From the NCBI RefSeq assembly GCF_009914755.1, contig NC_060942.1: DNA of 64,000 nt, one strand, 5' to 3'. Shown here one piece after another: positions 40,087-59,224 of the stretch (the stretch's first letter is position 1; each line of letters opens with the position of its first letter). A program made the translations under genes and the position numbers. This DNA is from the human T2T-CHM13v2.0 reference genome, Homo sapiens. Below the pieces are notes generated by a model. The model searched no databases and had not been told where the DNA came from. It worked only from the letters and a program-made list of their open reading frames with translations.

Positions 40087-40599
40087 TATTCCATTTTTTA
40101 TCTATCACATTTTTTTTTTTTATTCTGAGAGGGCATAAAGATATGGGGTTATGGAAGCAAGTCTTTCAGAAGGCCCTCCTCTTTGAGGGACATGATTAGT
40201 TCAGTATGTCTTAAGCAGATAATTTCTGAGTCAGTGTTATATTAGATTGGAACCAGATATTGATCAAACTGTGGCAGTGCTTAAGTGTAAGCGTGAAGAG
40301 GTGAGACTGTGTCATAGACATTAGAGTGCTACTAATATATGTATGCATGTAGGGAAACAAGATAAGGATACATAAATTAATAGAGATAGGTACATACTTT
40401 TATATACAGCTATACATAAATACATAAGCATATATATCTTACACCTGTAAGTATGTGTCTATTATCTATCTATAATTATTTATGTCTATAATTATCACTA
40501 CAATTATATATCCTCATTAGAATACTCTGACTTATCCAGGATTGGGATGGGGGTGGGGGGCAGAGTGTTGAAGAAAAGTTATAAAAATATTAGCTGGTG

Positions 40600-40949
<350 letters not shown>

Positions 40950-41620
40950 TCACTTTAAAATGAAATGCCTATATTTAAATGGCATAGCGTTAATAATTAA
41001 TGGTAACTAATAGATTCTGCAAAGACCTTTAAAGATGAGAATGCCATATACTGGGTAATGAGAATGACTATTATTGATAAAAATAGTATTAACTTGTGAA
41101 CACACAATTGGGAAGGGAGATATACAAAATCAGTTTTTCCTATGTAAAAACAGAGATTGATATTTCTAGCTGTGGAAGGTAAACTCAGAAATTAGCTCAG
41201 TATTTCATAATTCTTTTAGAGATGTGACATATACTTCTTAAAATATTTTGTAATTTTTTCCATCTTAAAAAAAGGTGTAGAATAACATATTTATTTGAGG
41301 AATTATTTTTGTTTTAATATCATAACATAAAGCCATAACAGGTGTTCAACAAATAATGATTGAAATAGCACATCTCTTCTAAAAATAGCATCCTTATATT
41401 TGATCTCACTTTTTAAAAATTCTTTTACCTATTTTTTCATTAATCACTTATAGAGCACCTATTACGTTTTGGGCATCATGCCAAACACCCCAAAGAAAAC
41501 ACACACAGGTAAAGTCCTTGGAGAGTCACAATCTGCGGGAGACAACAGAATGTAAACAGCTGAAATGTGATATGTAGATTAAGGAGCAAGCTCTGAAAGG
41601 GCCAGTAGATCAGTCTAGAG

Positions 41621-41840
41621 CAGAGTTTCTCAACCTTCACACTATTGACATTTTGGGCCAGGTAATTCTTTAGTGAGTGGCTGTCCTGTACATTGTGGGT
41701 TTAGTGAAAGTTCTGGCCCCTACCCACTAGCTGCCAGCAGCACTCTCCCGTATCAAAATGTCTCCACCGAAAATGTCTCCAGGTATTGCTGAGTATTTGG
41801 AGTGCTGGGGGTCAAAATGGCCTGTAGTTGAAAACGACTT
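41621..41840. mobile_element. MER20 hAT-Charlie DNA transposon with 8-bp TSD
   Basis: cagagtttctcaacctt...actattgacattttgggccag...gttgaaaacgact. TSD gtctagag (41613-41620) and ctctagag (41841-41848). Confidence 0.88.
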
Positions 41841-41898
41841 CTCTAGAGAATCTACTTATATTTCAGAAATGAGAAAGATTTCTATAGATTTATTTTAA

Positions 41899-42230
<332 letters not shown>

Positions 42231-43369
42231 TAGCCAACATACATGTATTGAGGAAGTATGGAAACTAGCATGGTTGGAGAAGATAGAGTGAAAACTTTCT
42301 CCTTTTATGGGACATTAAGGATATCAGAGATTCTGTGTGAAACTTGGCTACCTGGATAGTTTCAATATTGTTATGATTAAGAAGTGGGATGATCTAGAAA
42401 GAACGTGGCATGGATTACAAATTCCAAGAGGCAGGGATCAAATCTGTTTTTAAGAACTTTTATTGAGGAATGATTTAAATACCATGAAATGCACTCACTG
42501 TAAGTGGATAGAAGTTATACAAATGTAGGTAAATTCACACAGTTATGCAGTCATTACCATGATCCAGTTTTAAAACATTTTCATCATCCTGAAAGTTCCT
42601 GTGTGGATTTTTGCAGTCTACCCAGTTTCATGCATCCATCAATCTTTTTTTCTGTTATGTAGTTTCCCTTTTCTAGACATTTTATATAAATGAAATTATA
42701 TAATACATAGCCATTACTCTCTGGCTTCTTTCAAGTAGCACAGGTGTTTTGAGGTCTAGCCATGTTGTTGAATGTTACCAGTATTTTGTTCCTTTTTATT
42801 TATTCCATTGTATGAATACCAGATTTGGTTAATCCTTTCACTAATTGATAGCAGTTTGGATGGTTTTCAGTGTCTAGCTATTATGAATAATGCTAGTATG
42901 AACAATCTTCTTGTGGACATATTTTCATTTCTCTTTAGTAGATAACTCAATGAAATTGCTCAAGGTGAAATTGCTGAGTCATATGGAAACACCTTGCTAA
43001 ACTGCTGAACTGTTTTCTAAACAGACCATTACATTTCATTCTCACCAACAATGTGTGCAGTTTCCAGTTTCTCTACTTCCTTGCCAACACTTGGTAGTGT
43101 CAGTCTGTTTGATTTTAGCCATTTCAATAATTTCATAGTGGTGTCTTTCTTTTTTTTTTTTTTAATTATACTTTAAGTTTTAGGGTACATGTGCACATTG
43201 TGCAGGTTAGTTACATATGTATATATGTGCCATGCTGGTGCACTGCACCCACTAACTCGTCATCTAGCATTAGGTATATCTCCCAATGCTATCCCTCCCC
43301 CCTCCCCCGACCCCACCACAGTCCCCAGAGTGTGATATTCCCCTTCCTGTGTCCATGTGATCTCATTGT

Positions 43370-47199
<3,830 letters not shown>

Positions 47200-47262
47200 T
47201 ATGATGTTAGCTGGTTATTTTGCTCGTTAGTTGATGCAGTTTCTTCCTAGTCTCGATGGTCT

Positions 47263-48279
47263 TTACATTTTGGCATGATTTTGCAGCGGCTGGTACCGGT
47301 TGTTCCTTTCCATGTTTAGCGCTTCCTTCAGGAGCTCTTTTAGGGCAGGCCTGGTGGTGACAAAATCTCTCAGCATTTGCTTGTCTGTAAAGTATTTTAT
47401 TTCTCCTTTGCTTATGACGCTTAGTTTGGCTGGATATGAAATTCTGGGTTGAAAATTCTTTTCCTTAAGAATGTTGAATATTGGCCCCCACTCTCTTCTG
47501 GCTTGTAGGGTTTCTGCCGAGAGATCTGCTGTTAGTCTGATGGGCTTCCCTTTGAGGGTAACCCGACCTTTCTCTCTGGCTGCCCTTAACATTTTTTCCT
47601 TCATTTCAACTTTGGTGAATCTGACAATTATGTGTCTTGGAGTTGCTCTTCTCGAGGAGTATCTTTGTGGCGTTCTCTGTATTTCCTGAATCTGAACGTT
47701 GGCCTGCCTTGCTAGATTGGGGAAGTTCTCCTGGATAATATCCTGCAGAGTGTTTTCCAACTTGGTTCCATTCTCCCCATCACTTTCAGGTACACCAATC
47801 GGACGTAGATTTGGTCTTTTCACATAGTCCCATATTTCTTGGAGGCTTTGCTCATTTCTTTTTATTCTTTTTTCTCTAAACTTCCCTTCTCGCTTCATTT
47901 CATTCATTTCATCTTCCATGGCTGATACCCTTTCTTCCAGTTGATCGCATCAGCTCCTGAGGCTTCTGCATTCTTCACGTAGTTCTCGAGCCTTGGTTTT
48001 CAGCTCCATCAGCTCCTTTAAGCACTTCTCTGTATTGGTTATTCTAGTTATACATTCTTCTAAATTTTTTTCAAAGTTTTCAACTTCTTTGCCTTTGGTT
48101 TGAATGTCCTCCCATAGCTCAGAGTAATTTGATCGTCTGAAGCCTTCTTCTCTCAGCTCGTCAAAGTCATTCTCCATCCAGCTTTGTTCCGTTGCTGGTG
48201 AGGAACTGTGTTCCTTTGGAGGAGGAGAGGCGCTCTGCTTTTTAGAGTTTCCAGTTTTTCTGTTCTGTTTTTTCCCCAT
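47263..48279 (-). pseudogene. L1 ORF1, nonsense mutation at codon 110
   Basis: MGKKQNRKTGNSK... is interrupted by TGA at 47952-47950 (CGA>TGA) and continues in frame to ...QNHAKM. Confidence 0.95.
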
Positions 48280-49183
48280 CTTTGTGGTTTTATCTACTTT
48301 TGGTCTTTGATGATGGTGATGTACAGATGGGTTTTTGGTGTGGATGTCCTTTCTGTATGTTAGTTTTCCTTCTAACAGACAGGACCCTCAGCTGCAGGTC
48401 TGTTGGAATACCCTGCCATGTGAGGTGTCAGTGTGCCCCTGCTGGGGGGTGCCTCCCAGTTAGGCTGCTCAGGGGTCAGGGGTCAGGGACCCACTTGAGG
48501 AGGCAGTCTGCCCGTTCTCAGATCTCCAGCTGTGTGCTGGGAGAACCACTGCTCTCTTCAAAGCTGTCAGACAGGGACATTTAAGTCTGCAGAGGTTACT
48601 GCTATCTTTTTGTTTGTCTGTGCCCTGTCCTCAGAGGTGGAGCCTACAGAGGCAGGCAGGCCTCCTTGAGCTGTGGTGGGCTCCACCCAGTTCGAGCTTC
48701 CCGCTGCTTTGTTTACCTAAGCAAGCCTGGGCAATGGCGGGCGCCCCTCCCCCAGCCTGGCTGCTGCCTTGCAGTTTGATCTCAGACTGCTGTGCTAGCA
48801 GTCAGCGAGACTCCGTGGGCGTAGGACCCTCCGAGCCAGGTGCGGGATATAATCTCGTGGTGTGCCGTTTTTTAAGCCCGTCGGAAAAGGGCAGTATTCA
48901 GGTGAGAGTGACCCGATTTTCCAGGTGCCGTCCATCACCCCTTTCTTTGACTTGGAAAGGGAACTCCTTGACCCCTTGTGCTTCCCAAGTGAGGCAATGC
49001 CTCGCCCTGCTTCGGCTCGCGCACGGTGCGCGCACCCACTGACCTGCGCCCACTGTCTGGCACTCCCTAGAGAAATGAACCCGGTACCTCAGATGGAAAT
49101 GCAGAAAACACTGTCTTCTGCGTCGCTCACGCTGGGAGCTGTAGACCGGAGCTGTTCCTATTCGGCCATCCTGGCTCCCCATC
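48280..49183. promoter_or_regulatory. L1 5'UTR with sense (leftward) and antisense (rightward) promoters
   Basis: Complete CpG-containing L1PA 5'UTR. Promoter function is established for the family, not shown for this copy. Confidence 0.75.
48734..49042 (+). CDS. L1 antisense ORF0, open, 102 aa (potential only)
   Basis: MAGAPPPAWLLPCSLISDCCASSQRDSVGVGPSEPG... matches primate L1 ORF0, with strong Kozak context gcaATGg. Expression is unknown. Confidence 0.55.
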   Translation: MAGAPPPAWLLPCSLISDCCASSQRDSVGVGPSEPGAGYNLVVCRFLSPSEKGSIQVRVTRFSRCRPSPLSLTWKGNSLTPCASQVRQCLALLRLAHGARTH

Positions 49184-49988
49184 AGTGGTGTCTTTCATTG
49201 TAAGTTTGCATTTCCCTCATGACTAATGATTTTGAGCATTTTAAAATGTGCTTTTCTGCCATGTGTATGCCATCTTTGGGGAACTATCCATTTAAATCTT
49301 TTGTGATTTTAAAATGTTGTCTTATTATTGAGTTGTAAGAGTGCTTTATATATTCTGAATAGAAGTCTTTTATGAAATGTATGTTTTGCAAATCTTCTTT
49401 CCCAGTCTGTGGCCTCTATTAATTTTCTAATGATGTCTTTTGAAAAGCAAAATTTTTATATTTGATAGAGTATAATTTATCAATTTTTTTCTTTTCTAAT
49501 GATGCTTTTGATTTCATTTCTTAAAAAAAATTGCCTAACCTAAGTGACAAAAAGTTTCTCCTAGGAGTTTTATAGTTTAGCTCACTCTTATAGTTAGTTC
49601 AGGCATCCATTTGCATTAATTTTTTTCTATGATGAGAGTTAAGGATCAAACTTCTTAGTTTACTTTGTATATGAATGTCCAATTGTTCTAGCATACTTTC
49701 CGGAAAAGCCTATTCTTTCTCTGTTGAATTGCCTTGGCACTATGTTGAAATCAGTTGACCATATATGTTTTGGTTTATTTCTGAACTCTCTGTTCCATTT
49801 TTTATCTATATGACTATTCTTACAATCAGTACCGCATTGTCTTGCTTACTGTATAGCTTTATAGTAGGTTTTGAAATCAGTGAGTACAAATCCTAAGAAT
49901 TTTTTATTCGTTTTCAAAATTGTTTCAGCTATTTAAGATCCTTTGTATCTCCATATTAATTTTATATCAACTTGTCATCAATTTCTAA

Positions 49989-50235
<247 letters not shown>

Positions 50236-53200
50236 CTTCCTGGGATTTTAATAAGAATTGTCTTGAATGGGAAGATCTATTTGGAGAGAATTCCCATCTT
50301 AATAATATTGAATCTTTCAACACACGAATGTGGTTTATCTTTCCACTCTTTTAGGTCTCCTTTAAGTTTCGCCATTCCTTCAGTAAATTTATTTCTAGGT
50401 ATTTTATTATTGTTGATGCTTTGTGGATGATTTCTTGAGTTTTTGAATTGATTGGTGCCAATATATAAAAATGCCACTCATTGAATTTTGTATATTGGCC
50501 TTGTAACAGTGACATTACTAAATTTGTTTACTTACTCTAGTAGATTTTTTGGTAGATTCCTTAAGCTTTTCTATATCAAAGATTATGTCTGTGTATAAAG
50601 ATAGTTTTACATCTTCCTTTACAACATGCATGCCTTTTATTTATTTGTTTTGTTTTGTCCCACAGTGTTAAATAGAAATGGTGAGAGCATGCATTTCTCC
50701 CTTGTTCCTGATCTTAGGAGGATAACTTTCAGCCTTTAACCATGAAGGATGATGTTAGTTGCCAAAGTTTTCTGTAGATGTCCTTTATCCAGCTGAGGAA
50801 GTTCCCTTCATTCCTAATTTTATGAGAATTTATATAATGAATCACATCATCAAATAATTGTTTTCTATATCTATTAAGATGATTAATTTTTTTCTTTATT
50901 CTATTACTATGGTATTTTATGTTAATTGATTTTAAGATGTTAAAACAACTTTGCAGTTCTGGGATACACTTCATTTGACCATTGAGTATAATCTTTTTCA
51001 TATGCTTTTAGATTTTATTTGTTAATATTTCTCAAGGATTTAAAAATCTGTGTCCATGAAGGATATTGGGCTATAGCTTTCTTTTATTCTAATTCCTTTG
51101 TCTAGCATTAGTATCCAGCTAATAGTGGTTTCATAGAATACAATGGAAAGTATTCTCTCCTTTTCTATTTTCTGAAACAGGCTTCGTAGAATTAGTATTA
51201 TATCTTTCTTAGATGTTTGAAAGAATTCATCAATGATGCCATCTGTGTGTGAACTTTGTGGAGAGAATTTAAATTACTAATTCAGTTTCTTTACTTGGCA
51301 TAAGTATATTCAAAATATCTATTTACTCTTGAGTCAATTTTGATAATTTGTGTCTTTCTAGGAATTTGTCTATTTCATCTAAGTTAACAAATTCGTTGGC
51401 ATAAAGTTGTTCATGATATTCTTTTATAAGCCTGTTAATTTCTGTAGTGTCTGTAGTCACATTCCCTCTTTTGTTCCCAAATTTGGAAAAATTTTTATCT
51501 CTCTGTGTTTCTTGACTGATGTCTAGCTAGCCTACTGTTTCAATTTTGTTGATCATATCAAAGAACCAACTTTTGATTTCATTGATTTTCTTCTATTGCT
51601 TTTTTCTATTTTCTAGTTCATGGCATTCTGCTCTGATTTTTATTATTTCCTTCCTAGTATTTTGTGCTTAATTTGCTTTCTTTTTCTAACTTCTCAAGAT
51701 GAAGACTTGCATTATTGATGTAAGGTATTTCCCCCTTTCTAATAGAAGTATATAAAGCTCAAATTTCTCTCTAAGCAACATTTTAGCTGTGACACATAGA
51801 TTTTGATATATTGGTTCTCATTTACATTCAGTTTATGATATTTTTGAATTTCCCTTATGATTTGTTATGTGAATCATGAGATATTGAGAAGTATGTTGTT
51901 TCATTTTGAAATATTTGGGGATTTCTAAGATTTCTGTCTGCTATTGAGAAGAATGTATATTCTGTTTTTGGGTTGAGGGGGTCTGTATTTGTCAGTTTGA
52001 TCAAGTAGTTCAAGACTTGTGTATCCTTACAGATTTTCTGTTATGATCTTTCAGTTACTGAGATAGGAGTATTAAAGTCTCTCTATATAATTATTAAATA
52101 GTCCATTTCTCCTTTCAATCTGTTTTATGTAATTTTTTGGCCCTGGTGATAAGGTATATGCATATTTATGATTATTATATCTTCTGGTCATGTCAATACT
52201 TTTATCATTATGAAATGTCCCTCTTTGTCTCTAGCAATAGGTCTTTTCTTAAAGTCTGATTTGTCTGATATTAGCATAGCCACTGTAATTCTCCTACAGT
52301 TACTCTATTCATGGAGTATAGTGAATATGTAAATTTAACATGTGAATATGTGAATTTATCATGTGTGAATTTAAGGTGTTTCTCTTGTAGACTGCATATA
52401 AATTGAATCTTGTTTGTTATTGTCTGATAATTTCTGCTTTTTGATTGGAGCATTGAGTTGATTAATATTTAATGTAATTATTGACATCATTGAATTATGC
52501 CTCCCATTTTGCTATTTTTTCCCTATAAGGTCCATGTCCTTTTTCTTGTTTCTCTATTCCTCTTTGGCTGACTATTTTGTGTTAAATAAATATTTTTTAG
52601 TGTGCCATTTTAAATCCTGTGTTTATTTTGTAGTCATAGCTTTTGAAAACTTAAAAATGTGGTTGCTTTAGAGATTACAATATTCAATTTTAATTTATGA
52701 CAATCTCAGGTTAATACTGGTTTAATTTGAGAAGAGTATAGTAACTAATATAACTCAATTTTCTTGTTCCTTCTAGTGTTATTATTATATATGTTATATC
52801 AATGTCAGGTATAAACCAAAAATATGGTGTTGTAATTAATGCCCTAAACAACGTTATGTCTATAAAAAATTATAGTATAAGAAAAGAAAAAAACATATAT
52901 GATTTTCAATCTTTAATATTTACCAATTTACTTGCCATTTCACATTCTCTTTATTTCTTTCTGGAGATTTCAGTTACTCTATTTCCTTTCATCTTGAAGA
53001 ACTTAAATTTTAGTATGTATTGTAGCAAAGTTCTGCTGTAAAGGAATTTTCTCATTTTGTCTACCTGGAAGTTTCTTTAATTTCTTTTTGAACAATGATT
53101 TTACTGAATGTAGAATTTCAGGTTGACTTTTTTTTCTTTCAGTGCTTTGAATATGGTATTCCACTGCCCACTGGGTTACATTGTTTCAGATGAAAATCAG

Positions 53201-54776
53201 TTGCTTATTCTGTTATTCTTTGGTCCAGGATTAGTCATTTTCTTTTGCTGCTTTAGAAATCTTCTCTTTGTTTTTAACTTCCGGTAGTTTGACAATGATG
53301 TATCTCTATGTGGTTCTCTTTGTGCTTATTTTATCTGATGCTTGTTGAGCTTCTTGGATCTGTAAGTTAATGATTTTCAAGTTTTGGGAGATTTCAGCCA
53401 TTATTTCTTCAGTGAATTTTCTGGACCTTTCCCTTGTCTTCTGCTGGAACTCCCATCACACATATCTTGAAATGCTTGATGTTATCTGGCAAGCCTTTGA
53501 GGATCTGTTTATTTTTCTCCCTTTATTTCTCTCTGTTCTTCAGATTTAACAGTTTCCATTTATCCATCTTCAAGTTTCCTCTTCTTTCTTTTGCCATTTC
53601 AAGTTTGCAGTTGTTCCTAGCTGGTGATTTCTTTTTCTTTCAGTTATACTCTTAAACTCTAGAATTTCCATTTGGTTCTTTCATATAGTTTCTATTTCTC
53701 TGTGTGGACTTCTTACTTCTTGACCAGTTGTTAGCATATTTTTCTTTTATCCTTTGAGCATCATTTTCTCTAACTCTTTTTTGTTTATTGTTTTAGTTTA
53801 ATTATTTGAACATATCTATAACAGCTGTGTAAAGTCTTGCCTGCTAAGCCTAACATCTAGGATCACTCAGAGTCAGTTTCTAAAAATTGTTTCCTCCCAA
53901 ATCCTCCAAGTACAGGTCATACTTTCCTGTTTTTTACATGTCTAGAAATTTACATTGTGGAAAACCTCTCCCACACAATATGCAACTGCTGATGCCTTGG
54001 CCCATCTGTTTTTTCTATTTCTATTTTTTAACCTGGCTCTCTAGAGGTCACTCCTCTGTCTGTATAGTTTAATGGTCAACTAATGACGGCTCAAGCTTCG
54101 TTCAAACACCTTGAACCTATTAGACTTCCATCCTGTGCCAATTGAGTTATGTGAGGAACATATTCAAAGTTGCAGCCAGTTCTCACGTCTCCCTTGGTTT
54201 ATCACATTTCCTAAGGGACCTCTGGATCTCTCCTACACACGGGTAGTTTAGCCATCAGCCAGGGATGTGTGGAGAGCTTATCTCAGCCCTTTCATGATGT
54301 TCTAAATTCCAAGATTGCCTTATTAAATTTCTGGCTGGTCAGTCACTCACCTTAAACTGAGAAACACGACCTAAGTCTAGAAAAGCTGCAGGTTTTTACA
54401 GTCTATTCCAAACCAAAGCTGCCATATTTAGCTGTGAATGTAATAGAAGTTTGTTCCTTCCCCTATACCCCAAGGCAAGCCTGCCTTCTTTGGCAGCAAA
54501 ATCCCTTTCTAGTTACAGCCCGCCTAGGTTGGTATGGCCATATTCTTGCCAATTGAACTGAGGAAGGGGAGCATAGGAACAGCCCAGGCAAGAGGCCACA
54601 GACTTCCATCATTCTTGCCCAAAAACTCAATCAGTTTTTGTGTATTAGAATAAATTCTGCTTAATTTATTTTTTGGCTTTGGTAGGTTTCTGCATGCCAA
54701 AACAAATTTTTTAAAAGACAATTTTGTCCATTTTATGCTTGTTTTCTCTAAAGGAGGATACCTGACCTCTTCATTA

Positions 54777-55064
54777 TTTCTATTTTCGAGGCAAGGTCTT
54801 GCTCTGTCACCTGGGCTGGAATGCAGCAGCATGATCATAGTTCACTACAAACTCAAACTCCTGGGCTCAAGTGATCCCCCACTTCAGCCTCTTGAGTAGC
54901 TGAGACTACAGCACACCCACACCTGGCTATTTTTTTGTTATATTTTGTAGAGACAGGGTCTCGCTATGCTGCCCAGACTTGTCTTCAACTCCTGGCTTCA
55001 AGTGATTCTCACTCTTTGACCTCCCAAAATACAGGGATTACAGGCATGAGCCACCATGCCTGGC
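54777..55064 (-). mobile_element. AluJ
   Basis: Antisense Alu with TSD cattattt on both sides. Confidence 0.9.
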
Positions 55065-55389
55065 CATTATTTTTATCTTTAAATTTTATAGGTACATAGT
55101 AAGTGTATATATTTATGTGGTACTTGAGATATCTTATGTTGCCAATACCAGAAGGTAAAATCTGCTTCTATAATAAATTTGCTAGAAAGTAGTATTTAAT
55201 AAATATGTGTTGAGCATGATTTTTTGAAAGGCAGACTCTGTGCTGAAAAGCCTTCAGAGCATAATAAACTAAGTATCTCAAGATGCCAGGTTATTCTAGG
55301 AACAAAAATAAATGTTTGTCAAGTGAATACATGATCTAAAGCATCAGCCAACTTTTTCTTTGCTTTTATGAGAAATTGAGGAATAATAA

Positions 55390-55707
<318 letters not shown>

Positions 55708-56130
55708 TGAAGCTTTGTTTTGATAATAAATGTATTGATTTATTTGAGCTATTATATTAGATTCTGCTAAGATAATAAAAATTCCGTACTCTTCTACATC
55801 TTAAGAAGCCTTTTGCAGAGGTTCAATATCACTTACTTTTCGTTTACATAAAAAAAGGCAGAGCAATTACAATATAGGTAACCTTTCCCTGTAAAGGTTC
55901 TTACCCTCTTCTAGTTCAAATTCTGCATGAGCTTGTTGGAAGTTTTGGTGATATTCACCAAATGTGTCAATAGGATGGTGCTGTGTTTAATTAATAAACG
56001 TTTCCATTTAGGGATTAAACAAATTCTAGCTGTGAAGGAAGCCATCTTCATAAAGCCAAGTATTTCTGAATTAGGTTGGTGGATTGGGTTTATTATCTCG
56101 CTAAAAGCTTCATTTAATCTGAAACTATAC

Positions 56131-56430
56131 ATCAGAGGTCTCAGATTGACAGCCTGGATCCAGCCCACAAACATGTTTTATTTGGCCTGCACAGTGTTCT
56201 AACAAACTCTCTTGTTATCATTTAAAAATCAGAGATCTTGTGCAGCAATATAGATTTTCTAATTTGAAGATCTCACAACACAGCTTTGCTTCCCTGAGGC
56301 AACAGTTGGCCATCAGCCCTTTAGAAGGTCCTGGAGCTCTGCTCTCCAGCTCACCTCAGTCCTTGCCTAGCCCCACCTGATTCGCTTTTTAATGACCACC
56401 TGGCCCTGTAGACATTTGATTTCAAAATTT
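56131..56430. mobile_element. MER102/MER58-like hAT DNA transposon fossil
   Basis: 'gatccagcccacaaacatgttttatttggcctgcacagtgtt' and 'ccacctggccctgtagacatttg'. Confidence 0.65.
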
Positions 56431-56527
56431 TTTGGGACTGTGAATTTCTCTAAGGCCAGGTGGCTACCAGGGGGATAAATTGGTCATCAGTGGAGGATTA
56501 AGCTGCATGTATTTATCATAAAAGAAC

Positions 56528-56718
56528 TTGGATCAAATAAGAAGTATTTGAGCCAGGTTAGAGAATAATATTTTGCATCCAGAGTATATATCAGTGAAAT
56601 CATTTAAAACTGAATTTGGAGAGATTTGGATAAAAAGTGTTTGAGCCAGGTTAGGGAATAATTTTTTTCATCCACAGTATATATCAGTGAAATCATTTAA
56701 AACTGAATTTGGATAGAT
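56528..56718. repeat. Diverged ~93-bp tandem duplication (2 copies)
   Basis: tttgagccaggttag...agtatatatcagtgaaatcatttaaaactgaatttgga occurs twice at a 93-bp offset. Confidence 0.92.
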
Positions 56719-56985
56719 AGGAGGAATAAGTTCTAGTGTTCTATGCCAGTGTAGGATGACTATAGTTAACACTAATACATTAAATAGTTTCCAATAGCTA
56801 GAAGAAGGATATTGAATGTTCCCAGCACAAAGAAATGATAAATGTTTGAGATAATGGATATGTTAATTACCCTGATCTGATCAATATACATTATATGTAT
56901 CAAAACACCACTATGTACTCCATAAATATGTACAATCATTATGTCAATTAAAACAATTTAAAAAATTTTTTTAAAAATCTAAAAA
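56714..56985 (+). mobile_element. L1MA 3' end fragment
   Basis: 'agataggaggaataagttctagtgttcta...cacaaagaaatgataaatgtttgag...cataaatatgtacaat...gtcaattaaaa'. Confidence 0.85.
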
Positions 56986-57279
56986 GCCAAAATGGGGGTA
57001 GATGAAGAATAGCATTGCTGTATCTAAAATAATTAAATTGAAATAATATAAATGCAATGTATTTATTCATTTATTGTTCATTGATTCACAAAATATTTAC
57101 AGATCGAGTGTTTCTGGTTCACCATCATCTCTCTCTAGGACCTGAAGTTCCTCATATATAATAACCATAATATAATAAGTGTTCTATACCTAATAAACTC
57201 TCCCATATACATTCTGTGGATAAATAAATGAATGAATTGCATCCATATTATTTCATTGCTCTAGAAAATGAGATAACTT

Positions 57280-57610
<331 letters not shown>

Positions 57611-59224
57611 TTACTTCCTCAATTTTCCCCCTCCCAGCAACCCTCAAATTTCTATTTTAATTGATTTAAAATTACTATCTAGTGTATTAGTAAATTTTTT
57701 CACACTTCGTTAGTGAAAAAAAAAAGAATTTTAAAAAACCAACCTGAAATATTAGACTTTTTACCTGTAACTGGGTCTGAACAATCTAGTTCTCATAAAG
57801 CAGAAAAAACCGAAACTTGTGGAAGCAAGCAGCTTATTATCATGAAGAAGACTTCAGCCTTCCAGTTTCTGGATGAAACTAGGGGCAGTAATATTAGAAA
57901 CCCGAGTGGACCCTTTGCCTGAGAAACATGTTCATCTCTTAGTAATTTGGACTAGAGAGCATGCAAAATATGCATCAATATAAAATCAACTAACACAGAT
58001 TCCAGGGTCACAAGCCCAAATAACAGTAAGATCTGTAAATATCAAGGAAAACGTAGATTTAAAATTTCAGATCAGATTCATTCCTCCACTCACAGCTTAT
58101 ACATATTGTGGTCAGAAGCTGGAAGTAAGCCTATGCTCTAATTAACTCTGCTCTGGGAGGCGAGGCTCTCACGAGAGAGAGGAGAGAGATGGGGGTGGGG
58201 GGTGGAGAGGATTGGGAGCACTTCAGAGAAAAGATCTGAGAGAAAAGCCTGGGACTCTGCCACCCAGCTCCCTGGCCCCTGGGAGAAGCCATGGCAGATA
58301 TTTGGGATGAGACAGCATGCTGGTCCCTCAGCAGCATCCTTATCACGTCAGCTGTGGTAAGTGATATTCTTGATACTTGCTGTTTTGCCAGAAGTTAGAA
58401 TATCGCTTTTCTCTTGAATTGATACATGCTGCTTAGAAGCCACTGGGTTTCTTGGCATGTCTATTTAGAATTACAGATAACCCAGTAAAAATTTTCAAAC
58501 ATCGTGTAACATGTATTATCAATCCAGGCACGTGTAGATATTTGGACTCACGGAGACAGAGGAGTGTCATGGAAAAAGCATTGCATCAGGAATCAGGAGG
58601 CCTGGGGCCTAATTGAATCTTTGACTCTAATGTGATTTTAGCAAGGGGGCTTAACTGCACGGAGGCACTGTCTTCTCTTCATGGGAGACCATCCCCGATC
58701 ATTGCTATCTCCATAAATCCCAAAGGGAAATGATACTCAGTCTATTCCAGAGCTGCAAGACTTACAATCTCCCGGTCAGGATTTTTAGGCTCTAATCCAT
58801 GTAAGAGATCCTGGTCTTTTAGCAGAAATAGAAATGTTCTCAAGTAGGGCACGCTGTTAGAGAATTTTTAAAAATAAATTGGGAAGTCATTGGTAATTTG
58901 TAGTAAGAAGAAAGACTTGTTTTATAAATCAAAATGCCAGAGTCTAAAACGAGCAAGAATTCCAATTGCTGACTATGAATATCTGAATACATCACTACTT
59001 TCTAATTGCTTCACTTGCTACAGAGAGAAATAAAACTGTGAGACTGTGAAGTGTATAAAGGATTCTACCGCTCTCCCGGGGCTCGGAGACCCACAGATTG
59101 GAGAAAGTAAGTGAGTGTCTTTCTGACCATTGAATCCCTCACTCTCACTGCAAGTTAGAAAGCTCTAAGGACTTTAATGAAACCAGTCTGCACGTCCTAA
59201 AAAGTACTGAAACAGCTGGAGAGA

